The notes under the pieces: generated by a model
Database searches by the model: none
What the model was told of the DNA's origin: nothing
Seen by the model: only the letters and a program-made list of their open reading frames with translations
Assembly (NCBI GenBank): GCA_044369655.1
Contig: JBILWX010000001.1
Coordinates: 56,133-120,132 of the forward strand
Direction of reading: 5' to 3'
DNA: 64,000 nt
Source of the DNA: Pirellulales bacterium
Lineage (GTDB): Bacteria; Planctomycetota; Planctomycetia; Pirellulales; UBA1268
Translations under genes and position numbers: made by a program
Shown: piece by piece, positions 1-8,638 of the stretch
How positions within the stretch are numbered: the stretch's first letter is position 1
How the letters are laid out: every line of letters starts with the position of its first letter

Positions 1-2
1 TC

Positions 3-1760
3 GAGAATTTCTATCCGGCGGGGGAACGGTTCCAGCTGGCCAGCAGGCTCAACACCGTGGCGGCCGCCCCCGGGTTCGAGGCCTGGCTCGAAGGGGAACC
101 GCTCGACGTGGGGCGTCTGCTCTGGACGCCTGCCGGCAAGCCGCGGGTGGCCGTCGTCTCGATCGCGCATCTGAGCGACGCCCAGCGGATGGCGTTCGTG
201 ACGCTGCTCGCCGGACAGACGGTGGCCTGGATGCGGACGCAGGGGGGCACGTCGTCTCTCAAGGCGCTTTTCCTGATGGACGAGGTCTTCGGCTACGTGC
301 CGCCCACCGCCAATCCGCCCAGCAAGACGCCGATCCTCACGCTCATGAAGCAGGCCCGCGCCTACGGTCTGGGTGTCGTGCTCGCCACGCAGAACCCCGT
401 CGACCTCGACTACAAGGGGCTCTCCAACGCCGGCACCTGGTTTCTCGGCCGCCTGCAGACGGCCCGCGACAAGGCCCGCGTGCTCGACGGCCTCGAGGGC
501 GCGGCCTCGACGGCCGGGAAGTCGTTCGACCGGGCCAGGGTCGATCGGCTGCTCTCTGGCTTGGAGCAGCGGATGTTCCTGCTCCACAGCGTGCACGACG
601 ACGAGGAGACGGTGTTTCAGTCGCGCTGGACGATGGCCTATCTCCGCGGGCCGCTGTTGCGCGAGGAGATCCGGCGGCTCACGCAGGGGGTGGCGGTGCA
701 GACCACCGCGGCGGTGCCCGGATCGTCGGTTGCGCCGCCGGCTGCAGGCAACGCTTTCGAGACCTCGGGAAGAACGCCTGCCGGCCGCGAGGCCTTCGCT
801 GGCGGCGGTGCCCGGCCGCTCCTGCCGCCGGGCGTGCGGGAAGTGTTTCTCGCCCCGCGGCATGCGGTGCCGCTCGATGGAGTGGTGCACTACAAGCCCG
901 CCATCCTCGGCCGGGGCCGGGTGCGGTTCGCGAAGCCGGCCGCGCGGATCGACATCAATCGCGACATCATCTGCATGGCGCCGGCCGGTGATTCGGTCGG
1001 CGAATCGGCCTGGGAGCAGGCCGACCAGTTCGCGGAGGCCCCGGAGGTGGAGCCGGCACCGCGGACCGGCACCTTCGCGTCCTTGCCGTCGGCCTTGGCG
1101 GGGCCGAAGGGCTACGCTGCGCTCGCCTCGGCGCTCAAGAGCCATCTCGGCCGCACGTCGCGGCTCGTGCTCTGGACCGCGCACGAGATCGACGCGGTGT
1201 CGCGGCCGGACGAGACCGAGGCCGAATTCCGAGTGCGGATCGCGCAGCGGGTCAGGGAATGGCGCGATGCCGAGATGGATCGTGTCCGCGACCGCAACGC
1301 CGCCAAGCTCGCCTCGCTCTCCGAGCGGATCGACCGGGCGAGGCAGAAGGTGGAACGCGAGCGGGCAGAGGCCAAGAACAAGTCGATGCAGACCTACGTG
1401 TCGATCGGCTCGGCCGTGCTCGGGGCGCTCTTGGGCCGCAAGGCGGCCACGTCCACGAACATCGGCCGGGCGGCCACGTCGATGCGGTCGGCGAGCCGCA
1501 GCGCCCGGCAGCAGGCCGATGTCGTGCATGCGGAGGAGAGCCTCGCGACGCTCGAGGAGCGGAGGCAGGCGATCGAGGACGAGGTCGCGGCCGAACTGGA
1601 GCGGATCAGGCTCGAGTCGAGCCCGGAGCGCATCCGCCTGGAGGAGATGGAGATCCCCGCCCGCAAGACAGACATCGCGGTCGACGACGTCGTGCTGGCG
1701 TGGGTGCCGCAGGAGCCGGCCGAGAGCGGCCGGCGGAAACCGGAAAGCGGGGTCTGGTGA
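3..1760 (+). CDS. HerA/DUF87 (DUF853-like) P-loop ATPase, C-terminal part; the 5' end lies outside the window
   Basis: The frame is open from base 3. Walker-B-like LFLMDEVFGY and the VLATQNPVDLDYKGLSNAGTWFLGRL motif are typical of HerA/YjgR-type ATPases. The C-terminal tail is coiled-coil rich. The stop TGA overlaps the purU ATG (TGATG). Confidence 0.6.
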   Translation, partial: ENFYPAGERFQLASRLNTVAAAPGFEAWLEGEPLDVGRLLWTPAGKPRVAVVSIAHLSDAQRMAFVTLLAGQTVAWMRTQGGTSSLKALFLMDEVFGYVPPTANPPSKTPILTLMKQARAYGLGVVLATQNPVDLDYKGLSNAGTWFLGRLQTARDKARVLDGLEGAASTAGKSFDRARVDRLLSGLEQRMFLLHSVHDDEETVFQSRWTMAYLRGPLLREEIRRLTQGVAVQTTAAVPGSSVAPPAAGNAFETSGRTPAGREAFAGGGARPLLPPGVREVFLAPRHAVPLDGVVHYKPAILGRGRVRFAKPAARIDINRDIICMAPAGDSVGESAWEQADQFAEAPEVEPAPRTGTFASLPSALAGPKGYAALASALKSHLGRTSRLVLWTAHEIDAVSRPDETEAEFRVRIAQRVREWRDAEMDRVRDRNAAKLASLSERIDRARQKVERERAEAKNKSMQTYVSIGSAVLGALLGRKAATSTNIGRAATSMRSASRSARQQADVVHAEESLATLEERRQAIEDEVAAELERIRLESSPERIRLEEMEIPARKTDIAVDDVVLAWVPQEPAESGRRKPESGVW

Positions 1761-2647
1761 TGGAGGCAACCTCCGCGACCCGGGAGATCGTGTTGGTCGA
1801 CTGCCCTGACGAGGTGGGGCTCATCCATCGGATCACGGGCGTGCTCGGCGCCCACCGGCTCAACATCGAGAGCAACCATGAATTCGTCGATACCGAGGCG
1901 AGGCATTTTTTCTTCCGCGCCGAGGTCGCCCGCGCCGGCGACGCGGCGCTGGCGGCAGCTTCGAGCACGGGGCTGGCGGGAGAGTTGGCCCGCGTGCTGC
2001 CGGGGGCGGCCCGCGTGCGGGTGACCCGGGCGGAGCGGCGGCCGATCGTGGTCTGTGCCACCCGTGAGCCGCACTGCCTCGGGGAACTGCTCCTGCTCGA
2101 TGCCGTCGGCGACCTGCCGGGCCGGATCGTGGCCGTGGTCAGCAACCACGACCTGCTTCGCGGGCTGGTCGAACGGTTCGGCCTGCCGTTTCACCACGTG
2201 CCCCATCATGATGCCGCGGGCCGCGATCTGGCCCGGGAGGCGCACGAGGCCGACATGGCGCGGGTGATCGATCGCTACGCACCGGAATACGTCGTCCTCG
2301 CCCGCTACATGCGGGTGCTGTCGGAGGGCTTCGTCGCCCGGTATCCGCACCGCATCGTGAACATCCATCATTCCTTCCTGCCGGCGTTCGCCGGAGCCAG
2401 TCCCTACCGGCAGGCGTTCGCGCGGGGCGTGAAGGTGATCGGCGCCACCGCGCACATCGTGACGGCGGAACTCGACGATGGGCCGATCATCGCGCAGGAC
2501 GTGATCCACGTCGACCACACCTACACGCCGGAACGGATGGCGCAGGCGGGCCGCGACGTGGAGAAACTCGTGCTTGCCAAGGCGGTGCGGCTCGTCCTGG
2601 AAGAACGGGTCTTCCTGCACGGCCGCCGCACCGTCGTATTCGAGTAG
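1760..2647 (+). CDS. purU: Formyltetrahydrofolate deformylase
   Basis: N-terminal ACT-like segment (IVLVDCPDEVGLIHRITGVL) followed by a formyltransferase core with IVNIHHSFLPAFAGASPY and GATAHIVTAELDDGPII. Length 295 aa. Confidence 0.9.
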   Translation: MEATSATREIVLVDCPDEVGLIHRITGVLGAHRLNIESNHEFVDTEARHFFFRAEVARAGDAALAAASSTGLAGELARVLPGAARVRVTRAERRPIVVCATREPHCLGELLLLDAVGDLPGRIVAVVSNHDLLRGLVERFGLPFHHVPHHDAAGRDLAREAHEADMARVIDRYAPEYVVLARYMRVLSEGFVARYPHRIVNIHHSFLPAFAGASPYRQAFARGVKVIGATAHIVTAELDDGPIIAQDVIHVDHTYTPERMAQAGRDVEKLVLAKAVRLVLEERVFLHGRRTVVFE

Positions 2648-2678
2648 CGTCGGCGGCGAGGGTGGCCCGTGAACGCGC

Positions 2679-3431
2679 CTACTCCGCCAGCAGCGTGCGG
2701 AGCAAGCCGGTGCCCCGCACGCGAAGCCGCGAGACGGTGCCTTCGCAGACTCCGATCACGTGCGCGATGACCGCCTGGCTCTTGCCCTCGAGCAGCAGTT
2801 CGATCACCGTCCGCTCCCGGGGCGGGAGCCGTGGGATCACGTCCCGCAGCCTGACGCAGAGGTCTGCCTGCGCCGCGATGTCGTCGCCGGCAGCGTCGCC
2901 GGGGGCCGCGGAGTCCTGCAGCCGGTGCCGTGCTGGTTTTTCGAGTGCGGAGAAGACGGTCGTATGGCGGGCTTGTCGGCGGCGGCTGCGGGCCACGTCG
3001 GCCGCCCGCTCCCGGGTCAGCCAGACGAGAAAGGCCTGGCCCGGATCGCTCAGGCTGTCGTTGCACCGGGCGTTTCGCCGCGGCGCGAACGACGCCACCT
3101 GACGTTCGTCGGTCGGTGCGCCAGGCAGGCGGCGAAGGTGGTCGAGCACGAGCGAGACCACCTCGTCGACGGCGAACGAATCGCGGATCCCGTACCTGTG
3201 AAGCGTGGCTGCGGCCATCCGCTCCGCGAGCGGTCGGATGGCGGCGACCAGCGGTTCGAGGTGGCTCTGGTCGCCGGTCGCTTGCCAAGCGAGTAGAAGC
3301 CTTTCGATCGTCGGGCAGCCATCCTGCAGCGCGATCGTTGTTCGTGGCGATAGCGCGGTCGGCTCGTCGCTGTCGGGGCAAAAAGCCTGACTGGCCGAAG
3401 ACGCCGCCGTGGACCTCTGCGAATTCCCCAC
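2679..3431 (-). CDS. ECF-type RNA polymerase sigma factor
   Basis: Sigma-2-like region (LEPLVAAIRPLAERMAAATLHRYG) and sigma-4 HTH (LPPRERTVIELLLEGKSQAVIAHVIGVCEGTVSRLRVRG). No adjacent anti-sigma gene. Confidence 0.8.
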   Translation of the reverse strand: MGNSQRSTAASSASQAFCPDSDEPTALSPRTTIALQDGCPTIERLLLAWQATGDQSHLEPLVAAIRPLAERMAAATLHRYGIRDSFAVDEVVSLVLDHLRRLPGAPTDERQVASFAPRRNARCNDSLSDPGQAFLVWLTRERAADVARSRRRQARHTTVFSALEKPARHRLQDSAAPGDAAGDDIAAQADLCVRLRDVIPRLPPRERTVIELLLEGKSQAVIAHVIGVCEGTVSRLRVRGTGLLRTLLAE

Positions 3432-3485
3432 CTGAACCCCTCAGCACTTGAAGTCAAAATGCCCTCCCCATGGAGTGGCACTCCT

Positions 3486-3500
3486 TATGCGTGCCATCTG
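3486..3500 (+). promoter_or_regulatory. Candidate sigma-54 -24/-12 element, TGGCAC-N5-ATGC
   Basis: TGGCACTCCTTATGC has the correct GG-N10-GC spacing. It lies in the divergent region between the ECF sigma gene and the 3711 ORF. It is also half of a TGGCAC/GTGCCA inverted repeat (3486-3506). A chance match is quite possible. Confidence 0.25.
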
Positions 3501-3710
3501 GCATAAACGCCCCAACGGTTCCGCGACATCGTGACGACCGGAGCGGCACGCTTGGTCTGCGTTCGACGCCGTTTTTCGTGCCGACCATGGCCGCGGGCCG
3601 CTGGCCTCGAGAGTGATGACGGGTTCTCACCATTTTGAATTTTTTGGTGAGCGCGCAAGACTCCCGCCGCTTCGGCGTATACTCAGTAAGGGGGGGTCTT
3701 TTCCCTCAGC

Positions 3711-4157
3711 ATGGAGTCCCTGATGGCCTTCAATCTCGAGTGCTGCGCGGAGCTCTTGTCGAAAGAGCGGGTGCGGCATCATGTCGATGTGGAACAAGCG
3801 GTGATTCGCGCGGTGTTTGTCACGCGGCACTACAAAAACCTGCGCGGTGAAAAACTCGCGATCGCCCAGATCACGACGCCGGATGATGGGCGTCGGTGTC
3901 GGGTGACCTTGGAACGGGCCTTTGCCGTCGGGCCGGATGCGGCCGCGACCTGCCTGGCCCTGTGTCGTGCGGCGGCCGACACGCCGCTGGTCGGGGTGGA
4001 ATTCGACGCCGACTGCGAGAACCTGCGGATGGTGATCGAAACTGCCGTCGAGGATGGCCGGCTGACGCGGCTGCAACTGCTGGCGATGGTCGATGCGGTG
4101 GTCGAGGCGGCCGAGATCTGGCAGTCGGCAGTCGGCGGCCACCGCAGAGCGGCATAA
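3711..4157 (+). CDS. Hypothetical protein (148 aa)
   Basis: GC3-rich ORF in an otherwise empty interval, upstream of and on the same strand as the WYL regulator. No motif recognised. Confidence 0.5.
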   Translation: MESLMAFNLECCAELLSKERVRHHVDVEQAVIRAVFVTRHYKNLRGEKLAIAQITTPDDGRRCRVTLERAFAVGPDAAATCLALCRAAADTPLVGVEFDADCENLRMVIETAVEDGRLTRLQLLAMVDAVVEAAEIWQSAVGGHRRAA

Positions 4158-4429
4158 CGCTGAAAACCATGTGTTTGGCCCCGCTCGGGGGTAGTTCCCT
4201 CCCCGGATCTGTTTGCAATCTACAATACAGCTCGGCGGGCGTCGCCATACGCCTGACCAAGCGTGCCGACGTTGGTGGGATCATCTCGCCGGGATCGCAA
4301 AGGGGCTCGGGACCGGAAGGGAGCCATCAGGCATTGGCCGTGGTGTGCTTTCGCCGTTCGTCGGTCCATCGCGGGCGATCTGTCCGATGGTGCTCGTTGA
4401 ATAAGCAGCCGTCGGTCACCTCACCACTG

Positions 4430-5218
4430 ATGAACACCGCCGACATGCCCCCAAACTTTTCCCGCCACGAACAATTTCTCCGCATCTTCGCCCTGCTCGA
4501 GATCCTGTCGACCACCCGACAGCCGCTGGATGATCAGGCCCTGATCGCCGCCCTCAAGGAGCGGCTCGGCCTGACGCGGCTGTCGGCACGCACGCTGCAC
4601 CGCGACTGCGACTTCCTCCAGTCTTGTGGGTATCCCATCGACCATGCCCCGCTGCCGGGAGACCGCCGCTATGGCTGGCAGTTGTCGAAAACCTCGGCCA
4701 CCGAGAAGCGGGTGCCGGTCGAGCCGCTCACGCTCCTCGAACTCGTCGCCTTCGCCATGGGCCGCGAACTGCTGCGGGCCTTCGAGGGAACGGTGCTCTG
4801 GACCGGGATCGAATCGCTGCGGCACAAGCTCGAGCGCGATCTGCCGGCGGCGATGCTCGGGCAGCTTGCTGACGCCAAGCGGGTGTTTCAGGTCGAGGGC
4901 GTCGATCCCTCCCGGTATGCGTCACGGCCCCGCCTGATCTCGACGCTCACCAACGCCATCACCGAGTGCCGTGAGATCGATGTCGAGGAACGCGTAGAGG
5001 GTGACGGCCCGACCGTGCGGCATCGGCTTCAGCCCCATCGACTGGTGATCCGGCCGCCGGCCGTTCAGCTCCTCGGCTTTCTCGCCCGCTCGGCGGAGGA
5101 CGAGCCGCCGATGCTGCTCGACCTGTCGCGGATCGAGAAAGTCGTGCTGCTCGACGCGACCTTCGTGCCGCGGGCTCTCGAGAGCGACCACGATGCTGGC
5201 CAGTCTCCAGAGGCGTAG
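4430..5218 (+). CDS. HTH + WYL domain transcriptional regulator
   Basis: N-terminal winged HTH (FLRIFALLEILSTTRQPLDDQALIAALKERLGLTRLSARTLHRDCDFLQSCGYPI) and a C-terminal WYL-type beta domain (HRLQPHRLVIRPPAVQLLGFL). I trimmed the ORF-track start at 3896 to the ATG at 4430. Confidence 0.75.
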   Translation: MNTADMPPNFSRHEQFLRIFALLEILSTTRQPLDDQALIAALKERLGLTRLSARTLHRDCDFLQSCGYPIDHAPLPGDRRYGWQLSKTSATEKRVPVEPLTLLELVAFAMGRELLRAFEGTVLWTGIESLRHKLERDLPAAMLGQLADAKRVFQVEGVDPSRYASRPRLISTLTNAITECREIDVEERVEGDGPTVRHRLQPHRLVIRPPAVQLLGFLARSAEDEPPMLLDLSRIEKVVLLDATFVPRALESDHDAGQSPEA

Positions 5219-5331
5219 CCCCGCGGGCTTACTCCAACCCCGCGGGCTTACTCCAACCCCGCGGGCTTACTCCAACCCCGCGGGCTTACTCCAACCCCGC
5301 GGGCTTACTCCAACCCCGCGGGCTTACTCCA
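5219..5331. repeat. Perfect 19-bp tandem repeat, about 6 copies, unit CCCCGCGGGCTTACTCCAA
   Basis: Read directly: units start at 5219, 5238, 5257, 5276, 5295 and 5314 (last copy 18/19). Each unit contains the palindrome CCCGCGGG. The array fills the whole gap between two convergent stop codons. Confidence 0.95.
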
Positions 5332-5785
5332 TGAGGCCGAGATCCTCGTTGTAGCCCTCCTGCACGACGGCGTTTTCACGCCGTTCGTGGGCCGTCATAT
5401 GGGCGGAAAACAGCTCGAAGGCCTGGTCGGCCCGGTGCCAGGCAGCGGCCGCCGTCGGGGCCGCCTCGAGTTCCCGGATCACGCCGTCCAATTCCGCCAG
5501 CAGTGACGGGTGCTGGCCGAGAATCGACCGCACCGCCGCCGAGAGTCGGGGCATGCGGGCCACCGATTCTTCGAGAAAGCCACCTTGCTCCTCTTGCGCA
5601 AAATGCTCGGCGAGATGCTGCCGCAACTCGTGCAGGCAGGCGAGCAGGGCTCTGCGGCGGTCGGGAGTCGGCGGTCCGGCCGCCGCAAATGCCGACCGGA
5701 CCGAGAGCATCAGGTTGAACAGATCGCGATGCTCGGCGAGCACGTGTCCGAGGATCACCGGGTCGGAACGATCGATCGATGCCAT
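5324..5785 (-). CDS. Hemerythrin-like (HHE cation-binding) domain protein
   Basis: Helical protein with spaced H/E motifs (HLAEHFAQEE, HMTAHERRE). Start chosen at MASIDRSD. The stop TAA lies inside the last 19-bp repeat unit. Confidence 0.6.
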   Translation of the reverse strand: MASIDRSDPVILGHVLAEHRDLFNLMLSVRSAFAAAGPPTPDRRRALLACLHELRQHLAEHFAQEEQGGFLEESVARMPRLSAAVRSILGQHPSLLAELDGVIRELEAAPTAAAAWHRADQAFELFSAHMTAHERRENAVVQEGYNEDLGLME

Positions 5786-5997
5786 GGGAACGATGCTCCG
5801 TGAATCGAGGGCCAATCGCACTCGCAAAGAGCCTCGGGAAAACCGTCCAGCGCGGATGCCATTTGGCGAGGACTCTCCGCCGTCGAAAGCATATGATCGC
5901 AGGATCCCGCGGCGCTCGCCCGGGCCGCAGGCTGCGACTGGCATGCAGGCGCGAGCGCGAAGACACTTGGGTGAAACCGGCTGAGGAGTCTGATGCC

Positions 5998-6900
5998 ATG
6001 TCCGACGCCGTGAGGGATGGAGCGACGCCGGTTTCCGGGGTGATCGCGTGGCGGCTGCCAGGGACTGGGCGGGCCGGATTTCGCGCGCAGGCGGTTCTGG
6101 CGGGTGCCGGCATCGACCTGGCCGCGCTCGGATCGACCGATCGCACCGGCGCCGCGCCCCTGATGGTCGAGATCATCGGCTCGCGGACGGGCAACTCGTT
6201 GCCGGCCACTTCCCCGGTCGGCGGTGGGGTGGCCTTCCTCTTTCGTTACGGTGCCGTGGTCTTCTTCGACGCCTCCACCGCGGGCATCACCGAGTATCTC
6301 CGGCAGATCGGGCCGCACATCCGGCAGCCGTTTCCGCAGGGGGAGCGGGAGACCGAAATGCTCGACATCCGTCTCGATGCGACGGGACGGGAGACGATCG
6401 AGGGCAACACGCTCGTGCTGGCCGATCTGTCGCTCGAAAAGCTGCAACTCGTCGCCGACATCATGGCCAAGAGCGTGTCGCTGGCCCATCACGAGAAGGG
6501 AATCGAACGGCAGTTCGAGCGGATCGAGCCCTTCGCCGTGAACCTCGACCACTGGGGCCGCGGAGGGCGGGCCGCTCGGGAATTGCTCCATAATCTCGGC
6601 GGCGCGCTCCTCGCCGAGCACCGCGTCGTGGCCGGCACCCGTGTGGACGATTCCCCCGACCTGCTCTGGGATCACCCGGAGCTCGAACGGCTCTGGGCGC
6701 GGCTCCGCGACGAGTTCGAGATCCGCGAGCGGTTCGCGGCGTTGCACGGCAAGCTGAGCCTCATCTCGCGGACCGCGGAGACGGCGTTGGATCTGTTGCA
6801 GAACCGGCGGGCACTGCGGGTGGAGTGGGCGATCGTGGGGCTGATCGTGTTCGAGATCGGGCTCACGCTCGTGCAGTGGGCGCTGGGGGTCGGCCGCTAG
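5998..6900 (+). CDS. RMD1/DUF155 family protein
   Basis: VAFLFRYGAVVFFDAS core and a C-terminal transmembrane helix (WAIVGLIVFEIGLTLVQW), typical of DUF155. The start could lie further upstream. Confidence 0.7.
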   Translation: MSDAVRDGATPVSGVIAWRLPGTGRAGFRAQAVLAGAGIDLAALGSTDRTGAAPLMVEIIGSRTGNSLPATSPVGGGVAFLFRYGAVVFFDASTAGITEYLRQIGPHIRQPFPQGERETEMLDIRLDATGRETIEGNTLVLADLSLEKLQLVADIMAKSVSLAHHEKGIERQFERIEPFAVNLDHWGRGGRAARELLHNLGGALLAEHRVVAGTRVDDSPDLLWDHPELERLWARLRDEFEIRERFAALHGKLSLISRTAETALDLLQNRRALRVEWAIVGLIVFEIGLTLVQWALGVGR

Positions 6901-7031
6901 CAATGTTCGCCGGGCGGGCTGCCAGCGGCCCGTCGCCGGACGTTCGCATTCGGCCATCTGGGTTGGTCAGTCTCGCCGGGGAGAGGGTATAACGGGCCCG
7001 CGTCCCACCGTCCGTCGTTCGGAGCCATCGC

Positions 7032-8609
7032 ATGACCCCCTGCCGTCGCCTTGCCGCCTTCATTGCCCCCCTGCTGCTGGCCGCCTGGTGGCTGGGTGGA
7101 CCGGTCGCGGAGGCGCGGGCGCAGCAGGTCGCGGTCGAGGAATTCAAGCTCGACAACGGCATGCGGTTCCTGCTCGTGCCGCGCCGCGATCAGCCCAACG
7201 TCGTGAGCGCCGGCTGGGTGGCGAGAGTGGGGAGCGTCAACGAGCGACCCGGCATCACCGGCATCAGCCACTTCTTCGAACACATGATGTTCAAGGGCAC
7301 CGACACCATCGGCACCCGCGACGCCGAACGCGACGCCAAGTATCGCGCCGAACAGAAGGCGGTGCGGGACGAGATCAATCGGATCGTCTGGACGAAGCAA
7401 TACCAGCGGCTCAAGCGTGGCGAAATCTCCGACGCCTGGGATCCGGCCAACGACACGCAGGAGCTGCGGGTGCTCCGCGGCCGTCTCGACGCGCTGATCC
7501 GCGCCCAGCAGGGGCGAGGCGAGGGCGGGCCGGAGGCCGCCACCATCGTCAAGGACGAGTTCGACCAGGTCTACACGCGGGCCGGCGGCAGCGGCATGAA
7601 CGCCTTCACCAGCCACGACCTCACCTGCTACTTCATCACCGTGCCGTCCAACAAGCTCGAACTCTGGGCCTGGATGGAGAGCGATCGGCTGCACGACAGC
7701 GTGTTTCGCGAGTTTTACTCCGAGCGGGACGTGGTGCACGAGGAACGCCGGCTGCGCACCGACAGCACGCCCACGGGCCGGTTTCAAGAACAGTTCGACG
7801 CGATGTTCTGGGAGTCGTGCGGCTACGCGTGGCCAGTCATCGGCTGGCCCAGCGATCTGAATAGCTACACGTTCGAGCAGGCGATGGAGTATTGGAACAT
7901 CTACTACCGCCCCGGCAACCTGTTCGGCGTCGTGGTGGGTGACTTCGATCCCGCGGCGGCGAAGGCCTTCATCACGCGGTATTTCTCCCGTCTCGAGCCG
8001 GGGACGAAGCCGCCGCCGCCGGTGGTGACGCTCGAGGTCGATCAGATCGCCGAGCAGCGGATGAACGCGGAGGGCGACGTGCCACCGTCGGTGGAGATCC
8101 GCTACCACACGGTGCCGGCCGGCCACGTCGACGGCTATCCGCTCGACATGCTCTCCGAACTGCTCAACGAGCGCACCGGTCGGCTCTACGCCGGCCTGGT
8201 CGAAGGGCGGGCCATCGCGGGATCGGCTCGCACCGCCTCCGACACCCGCAAGTACGCCGGCCTCTTCTCCTTCGAGGCGGAGACCCGCGGTGAGGCGACG
8301 CCCGAGCAGCTCGAGCAGGCATGGTACGAGGAGCTGGCGAAACTGCAGGCGGAAGAGGTGCCGGAACGGGAGCTCCGCAAGGTGAAGAACAGGGTGGCGG
8401 CCGGCAATTACCGGCGGCTCGAAAACAACATGTCGCTCCTGATCCAGCTGGCGTTTTTCGAGACGTTGATCGACTGGCAGGAGATCAACGAGGCGCCGAA
8501 GAAGTACGAGGCGGTGACGGCCGCCGACATCAAACGGGTGGCCAACACCTACTTCTCACCGGCCAACCGCAGCGTGGCGGTCTACCGGCGGGCGACCGGG
8601 GCGAAGTGA
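7032..8609 (+). CDS. M16 (pitrilysin/insulinase) family zinc peptidase, catalytic type
   Basis: Signal peptide followed by the HxxEH zinc motif (HFFEHMMFKGT). Confidence 0.9.
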   Translation: MTPCRRLAAFIAPLLLAAWWLGGPVAEARAQQVAVEEFKLDNGMRFLLVPRRDQPNVVSAGWVARVGSVNERPGITGISHFFEHMMFKGTDTIGTRDAERDAKYRAEQKAVRDEINRIVWTKQYQRLKRGEISDAWDPANDTQELRVLRGRLDALIRAQQGRGEGGPEAATIVKDEFDQVYTRAGGSGMNAFTSHDLTCYFITVPSNKLELWAWMESDRLHDSVFREFYSERDVVHEERRLRTDSTPTGRFQEQFDAMFWESCGYAWPVIGWPSDLNSYTFEQAMEYWNIYYRPGNLFGVVVGDFDPAAAKAFITRYFSRLEPGTKPPPPVVTLEVDQIAEQRMNAEGDVPPSVEIRYHTVPAGHVDGYPLDMLSELLNERTGRLYAGLVEGRAIAGSARTASDTRKYAGLFSFEAETRGEATPEQLEQAWYEELAKLQAEEVPERELRKVKNRVAAGNYRRLENNMSLLIQLAFFETLIDWQEINEAPKKYEAVTAADIKRVANTYFSPANRSVAVYRRATGAK

Positions 8610-8638
8610 GGAAACAGCAAGGAAAAGGCGGCACGTTC

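Noticed and set aside
3896-4429. N-terminal 178-aa extension of the WYL regulator ORF
   Set aside because: The extension overlaps the 3711..4157 ORF, is G/R-rich, and precedes the point where the winged-HTH domain naturally begins (ATG at 4430).
5219-5331. CRISPR array (also considered for 13599-13691 and 43599-43662)
   Set aside because: The repeats are directly abutting with no spacers, the units are only 15-19 bp, and there are no cas genes. These are simple tandem repeats.
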